A DNA stretch of 64,000 nt from Candidatus Thorarchaeota archaeon (GCA_003345545.1 PRDH01000019.1:1-64000), one strand, 5' to 3'. Shown: positions 29,486 to 39,508, counted from the stretch's first letter. Notes: generated by a model from the letters alone, not told the origin. Program-made: numbers and translations.

Positions 29486-30496
29486 ATGCTTCCGGGTAAA
29501 GTTCCACCAGATATTCTCAAGAAGATAGTGTTCTCTCACCTCGGTGTTCTGGACCCCAGTGTTCTACTCGGGCCGCGTCTTGGAGAGGATGCATCTCTCA
29601 TTCAGATTGGGGACAAGGTGATTGTCGTGTCAACTGATCCTATCACTGGGTCAGTAGAGGATATTGGATGGCTGGTGGTTCATGTCAACGCGAATGATAT
29701 CGCCACCTTTGGCGTGGCTCCGAGATGGTTGTTGGTTTCAATCATGCTACCCAGCGGCTACAAACCGCTGGAGTTAGCGAAAATAATGAAGCAAATAGAT
29801 GAAGCCTCGAGGGAGCTAGGTATTGCCGTCGTAGGCGGTCACTCAGAAGTAACAGAGCGAATAGACCAGCCCATCATCGTTGGTTTCATGATGGGTGCCA
29901 CTGAGAAGGATAATTATGTCACAGCTAGTGGTGCGCGAACTGGGGATGCAATACTCCTGACCAAGACTGTGGCCATTGAAGGTACTGCTATTCTTGCAAC
30001 TGATGGATATGCAACACTCTCTAAGAGCATCAGCGTTGACGTCATAAGAAAAGGTCGCAAACTCAGAGAGCAAATCAGTGTAGTCAAAGATGGCGTTGTC
30101 GCTTTTGCGACTGGGCATGTTCATGCAATGCACGATCCCACTGAGGGGGGTCTCGCAGGCGGAATTCATGAACTGTGTGATGCCAGCCATGTTGGTTTCG
30201 AGATTAGAAGCGATGACATTCCCATCGGCAGTCCGACAAAACGAATCTGCGAAACTCTCGAGATCAATCCCCTTGAGTTGATAAGTAGTGGTTCCATGAT
30301 TGTGAGCTGTGCTGCTGAGAATGCGAATGAAGTAATACGTGCGCTTGAATCGGAAGGAATAGCAGCGACACGCATAGGAACAATAGTGAGCGACCCAGAT
30401 CATCGCAAGATTCTGATTAGTGGTTCATTAGTTGATATGCCTCGACCCAAGAGCGATGCGCTATGGACGGCGCTCAAGAAAGTTACTCCTTCATGA
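29486..30496 (+). CDS. AIR synthase-related (PurM/HypE/ThiL superfamily) protein
   Basis: GK, GEDA, STDP, NANDIA, VGGHSE, MHDPTEGG, LISSGS. Confidence 0.85.
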   Translation: MLPGKVPPDILKKIVFSHLGVLDPSVLLGPRLGEDASLIQIGDKVIVVSTDPITGSVEDIGWLVVHVNANDIATFGVAPRWLLVSIMLPSGYKPLELAKIMKQIDEASRELGIAVVGGHSEVTERIDQPIIVGFMMGATEKDNYVTASGARTGDAILLTKTVAIEGTAILATDGYATLSKSISVDVIRKGRKLREQISVVKDGVVAFATGHVHAMHDPTEGGLAGGIHELCDASHVGFEIRSDDIPIGSPTKRICETLEINPLELISSGSMIVSCAAENANEVIRALESEGIAATRIGTIVSDPDHRKILISGSLVDMPRPKSDALWTALKKVTPS

Positions 30497-31262
30497 ATCT
30501 CTTTAATCGGTCAATCTCCTCATCATGGATGAACTCAATTTTCACCGGCGAAAGTGCGATATTGTTGTTGACCGAAACTTCGTAGGCATCAGTTCCTCTA
30601 GGCGCCTCCTGTTCAATGCCTAGATACCAATAGTACGGCCGGCCATTTGGATCAAGCCTGCGTTCCACCTCGTTATGCATCCGAACCTTTGTCGGTTTTG
30701 TGATTACTACCTTGCTCTTTTCTGACAATTCGCCGGGAAAGTTCAGATTCAGAAGATCAACACCTTGGGGCATTCCTCTGTCCAATACTCTCATCACAAG
30801 GTCTCGCGTGATTTCGCAGATCTTGCTGCAGTCCTGCGTTGTCCCTGTTGAGTCAAACCACTCTTCGGGTATTGCTTGGCGTGATACTGCAATGGCTGGT
30901 ATTCCGCGCAGTGCAGCCTCGAAGGCGGCTCCCACCGTTCCACTTGTTAGCATACTCTGATACCCGACATTCGCGCCTGTGTTTATTCCTGATACAAGCA
31001 GACCTATGTCTTTGTAGAATGACGCTGCAAGTATGATGGAGTCTGCGGGCATTCCATCGTGAGTCACAAAACTGTATCCATTTATGGTATGCTGCTCGGT
31101 GATTCGAATCGGCCTTGTCAATGTGAGGGCCTTTCCAGAAGCACTCTTCTGGACATCCGGAACCATGACAAAGAGTTCGACCTCTCTACTCAGTACTTCA
31201 GCGAGTTTTAGTAGTCCCTCACTGCGGGGTCCATCATCGTTAGTCAGACACACTCTCGGCAA
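30483..31262 (-). CDS. surE: 5'/3'-nucleotidase SurE
   Basis: LTNDDG, GMPAD, VSGINTGANVG, SGTVGAA, LNLNFP. Confidence 0.95.
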   Translation of the reverse strand: MPRVCLTNDDGPRSEGLLKLAEVLSREVELFVMVPDVQKSASGKALTLTRPIRITEQHTINGYSFVTHDGMPADSIILAASFYKDIGLLVSGINTGANVGYQSMLTSGTVGAAFEAALRGIPAIAVSRQAIPEEWFDSTGTTQDCSKICEITRDLVMRVLDRGMPQGVDLLNLNFPGELSEKSKVVITKPTKVRMHNEVERRLDPNGRPYYWYLGIEQEAPRGTDAYEVSVNNNIALSPVKIEFIHDEEIDRLKRFMKE

Positions 31263-31387
31263 TCAGCATTACTCCAGTTTTGGAATCAACTGATTGTACT
31301 ATGACTTCTTGATAAGAATAATGATATGAAAAAGAGAGGGCTGTGAGAGCACAACTGCTCTCACTCCCGGCATCAGAGTGCTTCCCT

Positions 31388-31558
31388 CTACAAGTCGTAG
31401 GGCTTGAGCGTCTTACGCTTGTTTTCATTTGTTCTGACAGCGGCGGCACCAAGGATCTCACCGATTTTCTTATCGAGAGCCCCGTAGAAATCACCGCTCA
31501 CTTGAAGGTTCTTTTTCTTAGCAAAGTCTTGAATTGCTTTCTTAACGACAAAACTCAT
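31388..31558 (-). CDS. Short histone-fold protein (56 aa; truncated-alpha3/face-to-face-type prokaryotic histone)
   Basis: MSFVVKKAIQDFAK..QVSGDFYGALD..AAVRTNENKRKTLKPYDL ends in RxTxxxxD-L. GGAGGT RBS and TATA upstream. The track ORF is over-extended to 31765. Confidence 0.85.
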   Translation of the reverse strand: MSFVVKKAIQDFAKKKNLQVSGDFYGALDKKIGEILGAAAVRTNENKRKTLKPYDL

Positions 31559-31603
31559 CTTCTGTGTTACCTCCGTAGAGTGCCCTAGATGGCCCCTAAG
31601 TCG

Positions 31604-31616
31604 TATATAAGGCTTT
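31604..31616 (-). promoter_or_regulatory. TATA box/BRE of histone gene
   Basis: Minus strand reads AAAGCCTTATATA about 46-58 nt upstream of the ATG. Confidence 0.55.
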
Positions 31617-31905
31617 ACAGAAAAGTCACTTCTTGGGCGCCTTTTGCCTGTTTTGATGGATTTGCGCATTTTCAGCAATTGGGTCGATGAATATACAGCG
31701 AGATGCTTCAGCATCACTCGCTCGGCCCCTAGGACAATGATAGCATCCCACTGATTCCTCCGCAATAATCTCTTTTGAAGACCGTTGAAATACAGTGGTT
31801 CGAGTTTCGCTTCTAAGAGAGCCTGATAATGGGTTTCTCAAAACATCTAAAAGACACAGTCGTCAAATCAACTCTAGAGCATTAATGTCAAGGTGAGATC
31901 GAAGC

Positions 31906-32688
31906 ATGAGGTATGCGCATGGAATCATCTTTGGTGCGATTATTCCGGGCATCATTTTCTTGGGAGCCGCCGTTATCAAAATCGCTGGCATCGGTGCTGA
32001 CGCACTCACTGTGGATGCTCTCTGGGATACCTATGTAGTGTGGTTCCTCATAAGCATCATTTTTCCGATTAGTCTCCTCCTTATGATACGCTTCGCAAGA
32101 AGAGATCTCTTCAGGGAGGTCCTGATCTTTATGGCCGGAGGCTTCTTCTTCTTCTCCCCTCTCTGGCTGTTTTTTGCTACAGAGATTTCAGGTGACTCTT
32201 GGACGGATCTATTGCTGAAAGGAGTCACTCGCGGACTGATAGGCCCCGGGCCGGGCACCACGATTATCGGGATTGATATTAGCAATGTGTTTCTAGTGCC
32301 CTTTCTGATTCTGTCGATGATTCTTGGAGTGGTCTTTCTTAATCCCTCCTTCGTTGCAAAGCACACTGGTCCTATGGAACTGCCAGAGCTTACTGCATTG
32401 AAAGAAACAGCCCTGGGATCGGAGGAGGACTCGTTTGAAGCCGAGATGCCAGATGTAACTCCCCCAACGACGACTGTCGACAGTGTAGCAGCCCTCAGAG
32501 ATGTCTTGATTGAGTTGGGCACGACGGATCCCGTGATCAATCTCATTCTCAACTCGGGGATTGGAACCATTACTGACCTTGTTGCTACAGGCCCGGACCA
32601 ACTCTCGAATATCTCTGGACTTGACAGACACGCAGCTGAGAACCTTCTGATCTCGGTGCAGAAGCGACTCTGGTTCAGTGATATTTAG
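31906..32688 (+). CDS. Four-TM membrane protein with C-terminal helix-hairpin-helix-like domain
   Basis: Hydrophobic N-terminal 150 aa; C-terminal GIGTITDLVATGPDQLSNISGLDRHAAENL resembles an HhH/Rad51-N motif. Confidence 0.65.
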   Translation: MRYAHGIIFGAIIPGIIFLGAAVIKIAGIGADALTVDALWDTYVVWFLISIIFPISLLLMIRFARRDLFREVLIFMAGGFFFFSPLWLFFATEISGDSWTDLLLKGVTRGLIGPGPGTTIIGIDISNVFLVPFLILSMILGVVFLNPSFVAKHTGPMELPELTALKETALGSEEDSFEAEMPDVTPPTTTVDSVAALRDVLIELGTTDPVINLILNSGIGTITDLVATGPDQLSNISGLDRHAAENLLISVQKRLWFSDI

Positions 32689-33437
32689 TTACGCGATGGT
32701 TCCAGAGATACTAGCGCATCAAGCGCAATTATTACAAGGTCATCGATGGGCGGTTTTCCCACAATCTTCGCTTCCTTGGCTACATTCTCGCCGATTACAA
32801 CACAAGCACAGCCTACTCTGACTCCCCGAAGATGACCAATCACGAACAGGGCTGCTGACTCCATTTCTGTCGCCAAGACTCCGGCCTTTCTCAATGTAGA
32901 CCATCTCTGACGCATCTTATCATCTTCCGCGACATAAGATGGATGCTCGCTATAGAACGCGTCCTTGCTGTGTCCGATACCGACATGGTATCTCACATGT
33001 CTCTTCTCGGCTGCACGGTCGAGCGCTCTCACTACTTCTGGATGAGCAATTGCAGGGAATTCGATCGGTGCATATTGACGCGAGGTTCCGTCATCCCGGA
33101 CAGAGCCACTGAAGATGACTATGTCTCCTGTCGTGACTTTATTGCTGATTGCTCCGGAGGTACCAACTCGAATGAAGGTCTTGCAGCCGACTTTGACTAG
33201 CTCCTCAAGAGCTATGGCCGCAGAAGGACAGCCTATGCCCGTTGAGCAGACTCCAATAGGAATGCCTTTCCACGTTCCACTAAAACTCCAGTATTCACGT
33301 CGCTTGGCAATCTGAGATGGAGTATCAAGGAATTCTTCGGCTATCTTCTTTGCACGATCAGGGTCTCCAGGTAGCAAGACTAGTTCTGGAATCTCTCCTC
33401 GGGCAATCCCAATGTGATATTCCTTCTCAGATTCCAT
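32685..33437 (-). CDS. udp: Uridine phosphorylase (NP-I family)
   Basis: YHIG, LPGDPDRA, STGIGCPS, IRVGTSG, DAFY, EMESA. Confidence 0.9.
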   Translation of the reverse strand: MESEKEYHIGIARGEIPELVLLPGDPDRAKKIAEEFLDTPSQIAKRREYWSFSGTWKGIPIGVCSTGIGCPSAAIALEELVKVGCKTFIRVGTSGAISNKVTTGDIVIFSGSVRDDGTSRQYAPIEFPAIAHPEVVRALDRAAEKRHVRYHVGIGHSKDAFYSEHPSYVAEDDKMRQRWSTLRKAGVLATEMESAALFVIGHLRGVRVGCACVVIGENVAKEAKIVGKPPIDDLVIIALDALVSLEPSRN

Positions 33438-33554
33438 GACAAGACCACAAGCGAGGGATACTGAGCGTGAGAAAAGGATTTCGTAATATACCCCAAGTAC
33501 ATTGCACTCGAAAAGGGCCACTTCCGCGATTCCCGACGATATTGATGGGAATCA

Positions 33555-34541
33555 TCAGATTGAATGCACAAGTGTATCCACGATGTTATAGCAGAGGTTT
33601 GGATGCTCCTTGGAGAAGGCCTCTGTGAATACGGTGTTAGATGTTACGATTTTTCCGTTGCACATCTCAATCAGCCTCTCAAGGAGTTCCTCTCCCCTCT
33701 CCATGAGGGGAAGCACATGGGCGACTGCCAAGACCACCTCCTTTGCGCCCTGGTCAAGTAGGCGGTCTCTGGCCTTCAGAAGTGTGCTGCCGCTTTTTGT
33801 GAGATCATCTATGACAACGACGTTCAGACCCTTGACATCAAGGTCTCCATGCAATTCGACTCTGAAGGAGTTCGTTCTACTCTTTCCAAAACCCTCGATT
33901 TTGTATCGCTCTTGTGCTCCTTCATCAGGCGCGACAACGATGCATTTTCCAAGTTTGAACTCCTTCTCTGCAAACTTGACAAGGTCCGGTACTACGTCGA
34001 TTATTCTGTAGAGCCCCTTCTCCTTGAGACTCCGGACCCAATCCAGACTGTCTGGTGCATGAGGGCTCACGACATGAACCTTGTTGCATGCCTTTGCAAT
34101 CGTTTCGATGGCCCATCTCGCCGAGGAGATCTCGCCTGTTTCAAAGCACTTGTCCTGCAGTGCAAAGGGCTGGAAAGTGAGCACGACTTCGACTGTTTTC
34201 GGGGGTTCAACTGGTGTACAGAGATACTGCTTGTGGCCGCTCTTCTCCACTTCGAGAGGCCTTGAGAACATCTCCAGCAATAGAAGAACTTCAACAACGC
34301 GGTCTGATGTACTGTATTGCTCATTTTCAGCTGGACCTGAGCCGGTACAGCTCTGAATCACGATGACTCTCCTCCCGGAGAGCTGAGTGATTTTCCCTAT
34401 CTTGACATAGATGTCCGCATTCGGAAACATACGTTTGTTGTCGTAATTGAGGTCCGACGTATAGACTCGGTATCCCAGCTCTTCAAATCGGTTTCGAAGG
34501 TGCTCAGCTCCACTGGCTAGGACGACATCATAGTCTTTCAT
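33555..34541 (-). CDS. Divergent ribose-phosphate pyrophosphokinase / phosphoribosyltransferase-family protein
   Basis: FPNADIYVKI, VIVIQS, QDKCFETGEISSA, VAPDEGA, PRPP loop VVIDDLTKSGSTL. Confidence 0.75.
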   Translation of the reverse strand: MKDYDVVLASGAEHLRNRFEELGYRVYTSDLNYDNKRMFPNADIYVKIGKITQLSGRRVIVIQSCTGSGPAENEQYSTSDRVVEVLLLLEMFSRPLEVEKSGHKQYLCTPVEPPKTVEVVLTFQPFALQDKCFETGEISSARWAIETIAKACNKVHVVSPHAPDSLDWVRSLKEKGLYRIIDVVPDLVKFAEKEFKLGKCIVVAPDEGAQERYKIEGFGKSRTNSFRVELHGDLDVKGLNVVVIDDLTKSGSTLLKARDRLLDQGAKEVVLAVAHVLPLMERGEELLERLIEMCNGKIVTSNTVFTEAFSKEHPNLCYNIVDTLVHSI

Positions 34542-34720
34542 ACTGTCGACCACCGAATGTGGCCGAAGTTCACGCCCTAAAGAGGTTTGCCCCTTAGAGG
34601 GAAACAAGTGATTGGGCAGCCTGTATCCAGTTCGTCCGAATCTGTTCCGTGTACGATGAAGGAATAACCTAAAATGATGGTCTTGCAGAGTTATTCTGCC
34701 ACTACAGGTCTGTGCTTTGA

Positions 34721-35425
34721 TTGAGTCTGACTGCGAGAGAACTCCTACAGAGGCTTGCAGATGACACGGGTCTCCCTTATGATACCGTAGCAAAACGTGT
34801 CAATCGCAGGATGGAGAAAGGCAAGGGTTTCCTTGAGGCTGTCACAGAGATTGCAGAAGAGAACAGACTTGATCCTGGGAAGTACAGCATTGATCCTGTG
34901 AAGATAGTCGCCGAGGTTGAGAAGATACTTCGTGAGGATTATACTCAGACTCTGATGATATCCGCTGTTCTTGGGCAAATGGTTGAAGCCCGAGGAAAGA
35001 AGCGTTTTCCTCCTCCTGCATTCTTCGCCTTCATTGAGATGCTCTCGACGGTAGTCGATGCCCCACATGACACACGCTCCGAGACGTCAACAGAGATTGA
35101 AGAACAAGCAACTCGCATAATCGAACTGATGACAACTCTCGTATCTTTACTCTGTGAGTGGTCTGAACAGGGGATAATTGGAATCTCTGATGATTGCCCT
35201 GAGGCGCTTCGAGAGATTGCCCGTGCAGTCTTCAGAAAGACAAAACTTCTCCAGGGTGGGCTATGGACATGCATCTCGTGTGGCAATATCGTTGAGGCAA
35301 AAGAAACCCACGCTCTCATGTGTCTAGAATGCGATAAGAAAATATCCTCGGCCCATAGCATCGAAGCGCGGTTTGGAAGACTGGGTGAGAGAGACCGCAA
35401 CGGGTATGGATTCACATCTGAATAG
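34721..35425 (+). CDS. Hypothetical helical protein with C-terminal Zn ribbon
   Basis: CISCG..CLEC near the C-terminus. Confidence 0.7.
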   Translation: MSLTARELLQRLADDTGLPYDTVAKRVNRRMEKGKGFLEAVTEIAEENRLDPGKYSIDPVKIVAEVEKILREDYTQTLMISAVLGQMVEARGKKRFPPPAFFAFIEMLSTVVDAPHDTRSETSTEIEEQATRIIELMTTLVSLLCEWSEQGIIGISDDCPEALREIARAVFRKTKLLQGGLWTCISCGNIVEAKETHALMCLECDKKISSAHSIEARFGRLGERDRNGYGFTSE

Positions 35426-35435
35426 CGTTTCTGTA

Positions 35436-36077
35436 CTAGAGAGATAGATTCAGATTGAGTCCTCTCTGAAGAAGTTCGAGAGCAACGTCAATCTCAGATT
35501 GGAAAACAGATACGTCATCTACTTGGAGTACTAGCTCTTGGTCACTCGACTCTTCCAAGAACAGAATGACTGGATCAAGACCAGCCACAGGACCTGCGCT
35601 AATCAGTGGTGCCGTGATTCCGTCATAGAAATCAGCTCGCCCGAGAGGAACATCCATTCTCTTCAACAACCGGTCCCCCTTGGAAGAGAGCACCTGTCCG
35701 CATGTAGGTCCATCATGAGTCATCACGGACACGACAAACCGTGTGGGAACATTGCCTCTAAGATAGAAGAGCATGTCCGTCATCCAATCGTATTCCTTGA
35801 AAACAACATCTCCAAAAACAATCATCAAGTCATCGGCTACCATTCCATGGACTGGTACGACCGGGGCTTTGACATCCACGGGGTATCGATTCCAGGGCGA
35901 GAACGCTGGGGAATTGAAAATTAACAAGGTATCAAAGCCATTCTTTTCGTACAGCTGCCTGCACAATGCTTGCCCCATCGGATTGAGACCCAAGATGACC
36001 GAGTACGTTTCAGTTATCTTCTGCTTCTTGTACACCTCAAGGACTGGTGAAATCCATTCCTGTTCGAATATTGGCAT
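35436..36077 (-). CDS. Hypothetical protein, possibly PAC2 proteasome-assembly-chaperone-like
   Basis: VILGLNPMGQALCRQL and DGITAPLISAG..GLDPVILF loosely resemble PAC2 N- and C-terminal motifs. Confidence 0.4.
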   Translation of the reverse strand: MPIFEQEWISPVLEVYKKQKITETYSVILGLNPMGQALCRQLYEKNGFDTLLIFNSPAFSPWNRYPVDVKAPVVPVHGMVADDLMIVFGDVVFKEYDWMTDMLFYLRGNVPTRFVVSVMTHDGPTCGQVLSSKGDRLLKRMDVPLGRADFYDGITAPLISAGPVAGLDPVILFLEESSDQELVLQVDDVSVFQSEIDVALELLQRGLNLNLSL

Positions 36078-36246
36078 AGCAGTTGCTCCGATCTCCTGAA
36101 TAGTGAGCTCTTTAATGACTGTTCGTGTTACGAACTCATTACAGTCATAGCATCGCTATTGGTTCATTAGAGGATTATCAATCGATTCATTTATACGGGC
36201 ACCTCGTTTGAGGCGTTCTCGTCTAACATTACCGGTGAGTGCGAGT

Positions 36247-37593
36247 ATGAACAAATACATAGAGACTGTCTACAACAAGCTTGTCGAAAAAGACCCCGAT
36301 CAAAAGGTCTTTCATCAGGCTGCATTGGAAGTACTCGAATCCTTGGAGCCTGCTATCAAGAAGTATCCCAAGTACCAAGAATTCTCGATTCTTGAGAGGA
36401 TTACTGAACCAGAACGTTCTGTTCAGTTCCGCGTGCCTTGGAAGGATGACAAAGGCAAGATTCAGGTGAACCGAGGGTATAGAATACAATTCAACTCGGC
36501 GATTGGACCTTACAAGGGTGGTCTTCGACTTCATCCTACTGTCAATCTGGGAGTTCTCAAGTTCCTAGGATTTGAGCAGGTATTCAAGAATAGCCTGACA
36601 ACGCTGCCAATGGGTGGTGCCAAGGGAGGTTCCGATTTTGACCCAAAGGGTAAGTCGGATGCTGAAGTAGAGAGATTCTGCGAGAGTTTCATGTTCGAGC
36701 TCTACAGGCATATTGGTCAATTCATCGATATCCCTGCTGGAGACATCGGTGTTGGTGGACGCGAAATTGGCTATTTCTATGGAGCCTACAGAAAAATCAC
36801 TAACAATCATGGTACAGGCGTACTGACGGGCAAAGGCGGCGGATGGGGTGGCTCGCTGATTCGGCCTGAAGCTACAGGTTACGGTGTCGTCTATTTTGTC
36901 GAAGAGATGCTCAAGACCAAGAAACATGATATAAAGGGAAAAACAGTATGTATCTCTGGCTCCGGCAATGTAGCTCAATATGCAGCCGAGAAGTGTATCC
37001 AGCTTGGTGCCAAGGTCGTCACATTAAGTGACTCAAATGGATGGATCCATGATCCTACCGGCATTACAAAGGAAAAGCTTGCTTGGGTCATGGACCTTAA
37101 GAACAATCGCAGGGGGAGGATTGAGGAATACGGTGAGCAATTCAAAGTAGACTACTCAACGCAGGGTAGTCCCTGGAGTGTCAAGTGTGATATTGCCCTC
37201 CCATGTGCAACCCAAAACGAGGTCGATGGAAAAGAAGCAAAGACGCTTGTTGATAATGGCACAACTGCTGTTTGTGAGGGTGCAAACATGCCCACGGTGC
37301 CGGAGGGGGTCGAGATATTCATTGAGAACAAGATTCTTTATGGCCCCGGCAAAGCCGCGAATGCGGGAGGAGTTTCTGTGTCTGGCCTTGAAATGGCACA
37401 GAATAGTCAGCGCATCTTTTGGAATCGTGAAGAGGTGGATGCTAAGCTGCAAGAGATCATGAAGAGTATTCACGCTAACGCATACAAGACCTCAGAGCTC
37501 TTTGGGGCAAAGGGCAATTATGTCATTGGTGCAAACATTGCCGGATTCCTGAAAGTGGCTGATGCGATGATCGATCAAGGTCAATACGCTTGA
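36247..37593 (+). CDS. gdhA: NADP-specific glutamate dehydrogenase
   Basis: GPYKGGLR, GFEQVFKN, GGAKGGSDFDP, PAGDIGVG, RPEATGYG, GSGNVA, KAANAGGV. Confidence 0.96.
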   Translation: MNKYIETVYNKLVEKDPDQKVFHQAALEVLESLEPAIKKYPKYQEFSILERITEPERSVQFRVPWKDDKGKIQVNRGYRIQFNSAIGPYKGGLRLHPTVNLGVLKFLGFEQVFKNSLTTLPMGGAKGGSDFDPKGKSDAEVERFCESFMFELYRHIGQFIDIPAGDIGVGGREIGYFYGAYRKITNNHGTGVLTGKGGGWGGSLIRPEATGYGVVYFVEEMLKTKKHDIKGKTVCISGSGNVAQYAAEKCIQLGAKVVTLSDSNGWIHDPTGITKEKLAWVMDLKNNRRGRIEEYGEQFKVDYSTQGSPWSVKCDIALPCATQNEVDGKEAKTLVDNGTTAVCEGANMPTVPEGVEIFIENKILYGPGKAANAGGVSVSGLEMAQNSQRIFWNREEVDAKLQEIMKSIHANAYKTSELFGAKGNYVIGANIAGFLKVADAMIDQGQYA

Positions 37594-37606
37594 GCAATCA
37601 ATCCAC

Positions 37607-37645
37607 GCAGGACTTCCTCAGAGTCCTGCACTTTCCTTTTTCTTG
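37607..37645 (+). terminator. Hairpin plus T-tract after gdhA
   Basis: GCAGGACT-7nt-AGTCCTGC followed by ACTTTCCTTTTTCTTG. Confidence 0.75.
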
Positions 37646-37661
37646 TTTCAGGCTCAGAGAA

Positions 37662-38267
37662 TCAACTTCGTATGATTTCGAGTAGCTCCGCCAATCTACG
37701 TTTTATGTCAGATTCCACAGTGCGCAACTCCGCTAGCTGCCGAATCTGGTCAATCCTTCTCTTTCTGTATTCTGCTTCTGAGACCTTTCCACTTCTTCTC
37801 TCACGTTCTATTCTATCAGATTCTGCATTTATCTCGTTTCTTCTGGCTTCGGTCAACTCAAAACCTTGTTTCAGGCTCATCCATTCAATCATCGCATGGC
37901 TCCTTTCTTCTTCCATTCTCTCCCGGCGCTGTCTTTCAATCTCCATCTGTTTGAGTTGGTTGTTTGCTGCTCTGATCTCCTTTTGAATCTCGTAGAGTCG
38001 AGCTTCAACTTCTCTCTTCACCTGAATCATCTGAGTAGACATCGCCCACTTCTCGCGGTACTGCACGATGTGTTCTGATTCCGTAATTCTCCCGGCCTTG
38101 AGTTTCATGTCCAATTCGTTCAGTTCCCTCTGAACATCGCTGAGTTGTTGCTGCAGCTCGTCGTAGGACTTCTTGAGGGAAACCCATTCGACACTGTACT
38201 GGCTCAAAACCTCTCTCGGATCCATGAAAACAGAATCTTCAGGTGACGCGCCTTCACGATGGCTCAT
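37662..38267 (-). CDS. Coiled-coil protein with two internal helical-hairpin (SHOCT/steadiness-box-like) repeats
   Basis: EW-SLK at both repeat starts; LKAGRITESEH and RRSGKVSEAEY. Confidence 0.7.
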   Translation of the reverse strand: MSHREGASPEDSVFMDPREVLSQYSVEWVSLKKSYDELQQQLSDVQRELNELDMKLKAGRITESEHIVQYREKWAMSTQMIQVKREVEARLYEIQKEIRAANNQLKQMEIERQRRERMEEERSHAMIEWMSLKQGFELTEARRNEINAESDRIERERRSGKVSEAEYRKRRIDQIRQLAELRTVESDIKRRLAELLEIIRS

Positions 38268-38418
38268 GCTGGAACTGACTCCATTCCTTCGTTGGAGTTT
38301 CAAGAACAAGTAGTCACTTAAGGCATTTCCTTGAGCCTCCTTCTACGAGTTTTTTCCCGATAATTGGAGGAGCGTTAACCCGTCATCTTAAGAGGCGGCG
38401 CTGTCCATCGAATTTGCT

Positions 38419-39498
38419 GTGAGCGGAATGGAGATTGAGATGGATCTTGCCCCTTCCGAGGAGATGAAAGAAAAACCATCTGACGTTCTGAAAGTGCCCT
38501 TTGGAACCGTGTTTACGGACCATATGTTTTCCATGCGATTCTCAGCGAAGAAGTGGCATGATGCTCGAATCCATCGCTATGCTCCACTGTCACTTAGTCC
38601 AGCAGCACTCTGTCTGCACTATGGGCAGGGCATTTTTGAAGGCATGAAAGCACACAGACGTGGGCAACGCATACTTCTGTTTCGTCCAGAGAAGAACTTC
38701 TCGCGACTGAATCAGTCTGCGATTCGAATGGTGATGCCAGAGGTGAATATTGATTTCGCCCTCGAAGTACTGAAAGAGCTGCTACGCGTTGAACGTTCTT
38801 GGATACCTGAAGTCTCAGGAAGCTCTCTCTATATTCGCCCAACAATGATAGGCACTCAGGAGAAGCTTGGTGTGAAACCCTCTGATGAGTACCTCTTCTA
38901 TATCATATTGAGCCCGGTCGGGCCGTACTTCAAAGAAGGATTCAGTCCGGTCCACATCTATCTGAGCACTGACTATGTACGTGCTGCTCGTGGTGGAACT
39001 GGTGCCGCCAAGACTATGGCCAACTATGCTGCTAGTCTGCTAGCCGGAACAAAAGCCGCAGAGCTAGGTTATTCTCAGGTCCTATGGCTGGATGCACTGG
39101 AGCGGAAGTATCTCGAGGAAGTAGGCACGATGAACATCTTCGTCAAATTCGATGACGAACTCGTTACCCCTCCTCTGACGGGCTCGATTCTTGCAGGAAT
39201 AACCCGTGATTCCGTTCTAACTCTCACAAAGGATATGGGGCTGAAAGTCAGTGAGCGCCAGATCTCTATTGGCGAGGTGATTGATGGAATCAATTCAGGA
39301 AAAGTGACTGAGATGTTTGGCTGTGGCACGGCAGCAATCATTGCTCCGGTCGGATCTCTCTGGTATAAGGGCAGACCGTACACAATAGCTGATGGCAAGA
39401 TTGGCAGATTGACTCGCCACCTCTTTGATGAGCTGACTGGTATTCAGTCCGGGGAACTAGAGGATCCCTATGGCTGGGTTGTGGAAGTAGAGCATTAG
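38419..39498 (+). CDS. ilvE: Branched-chain amino acid aminotransferase
   Basis: FGTVFTDHM, LHYGQGIFEGMKA, LYIRP, GTGAAK..NY, EEVGTMN, ILAGITR, GTAA. Confidence 0.96.
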   Translation: MSGMEIEMDLAPSEEMKEKPSDVLKVPFGTVFTDHMFSMRFSAKKWHDARIHRYAPLSLSPAALCLHYGQGIFEGMKAHRRGQRILLFRPEKNFSRLNQSAIRMVMPEVNIDFALEVLKELLRVERSWIPEVSGSSLYIRPTMIGTQEKLGVKPSDEYLFYIILSPVGPYFKEGFSPVHIYLSTDYVRAARGGTGAAKTMANYAASLLAGTKAAELGYSQVLWLDALERKYLEEVGTMNIFVKFDDELVTPPLTGSILAGITRDSVLTLTKDMGLKVSERQISIGEVIDGINSGKVTEMFGCGTAAIIAPVGSLWYKGRPYTIADGKIGRLTRHLFDELTGIQSGELEDPYGWVVEVEH

Positions 39499-39508
39499 CT
39501 ATCTGCAT

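Noticed and set aside
29483-30496. Selenophosphate synthetase (SelD) with Sec at the in-frame TGA just before the ATG
   Set aside because: No C/U-G-C-K type motif; the upstream translation is not SelD-like; a GAGGAG RBS supports the ATG 29486 start.
31559-31765. N-terminal histone tail implied by the 125-aa track ORF
   Set aside because: The RBS and TATA box lie inside this extension, placing the start at 31558; there is no tail.
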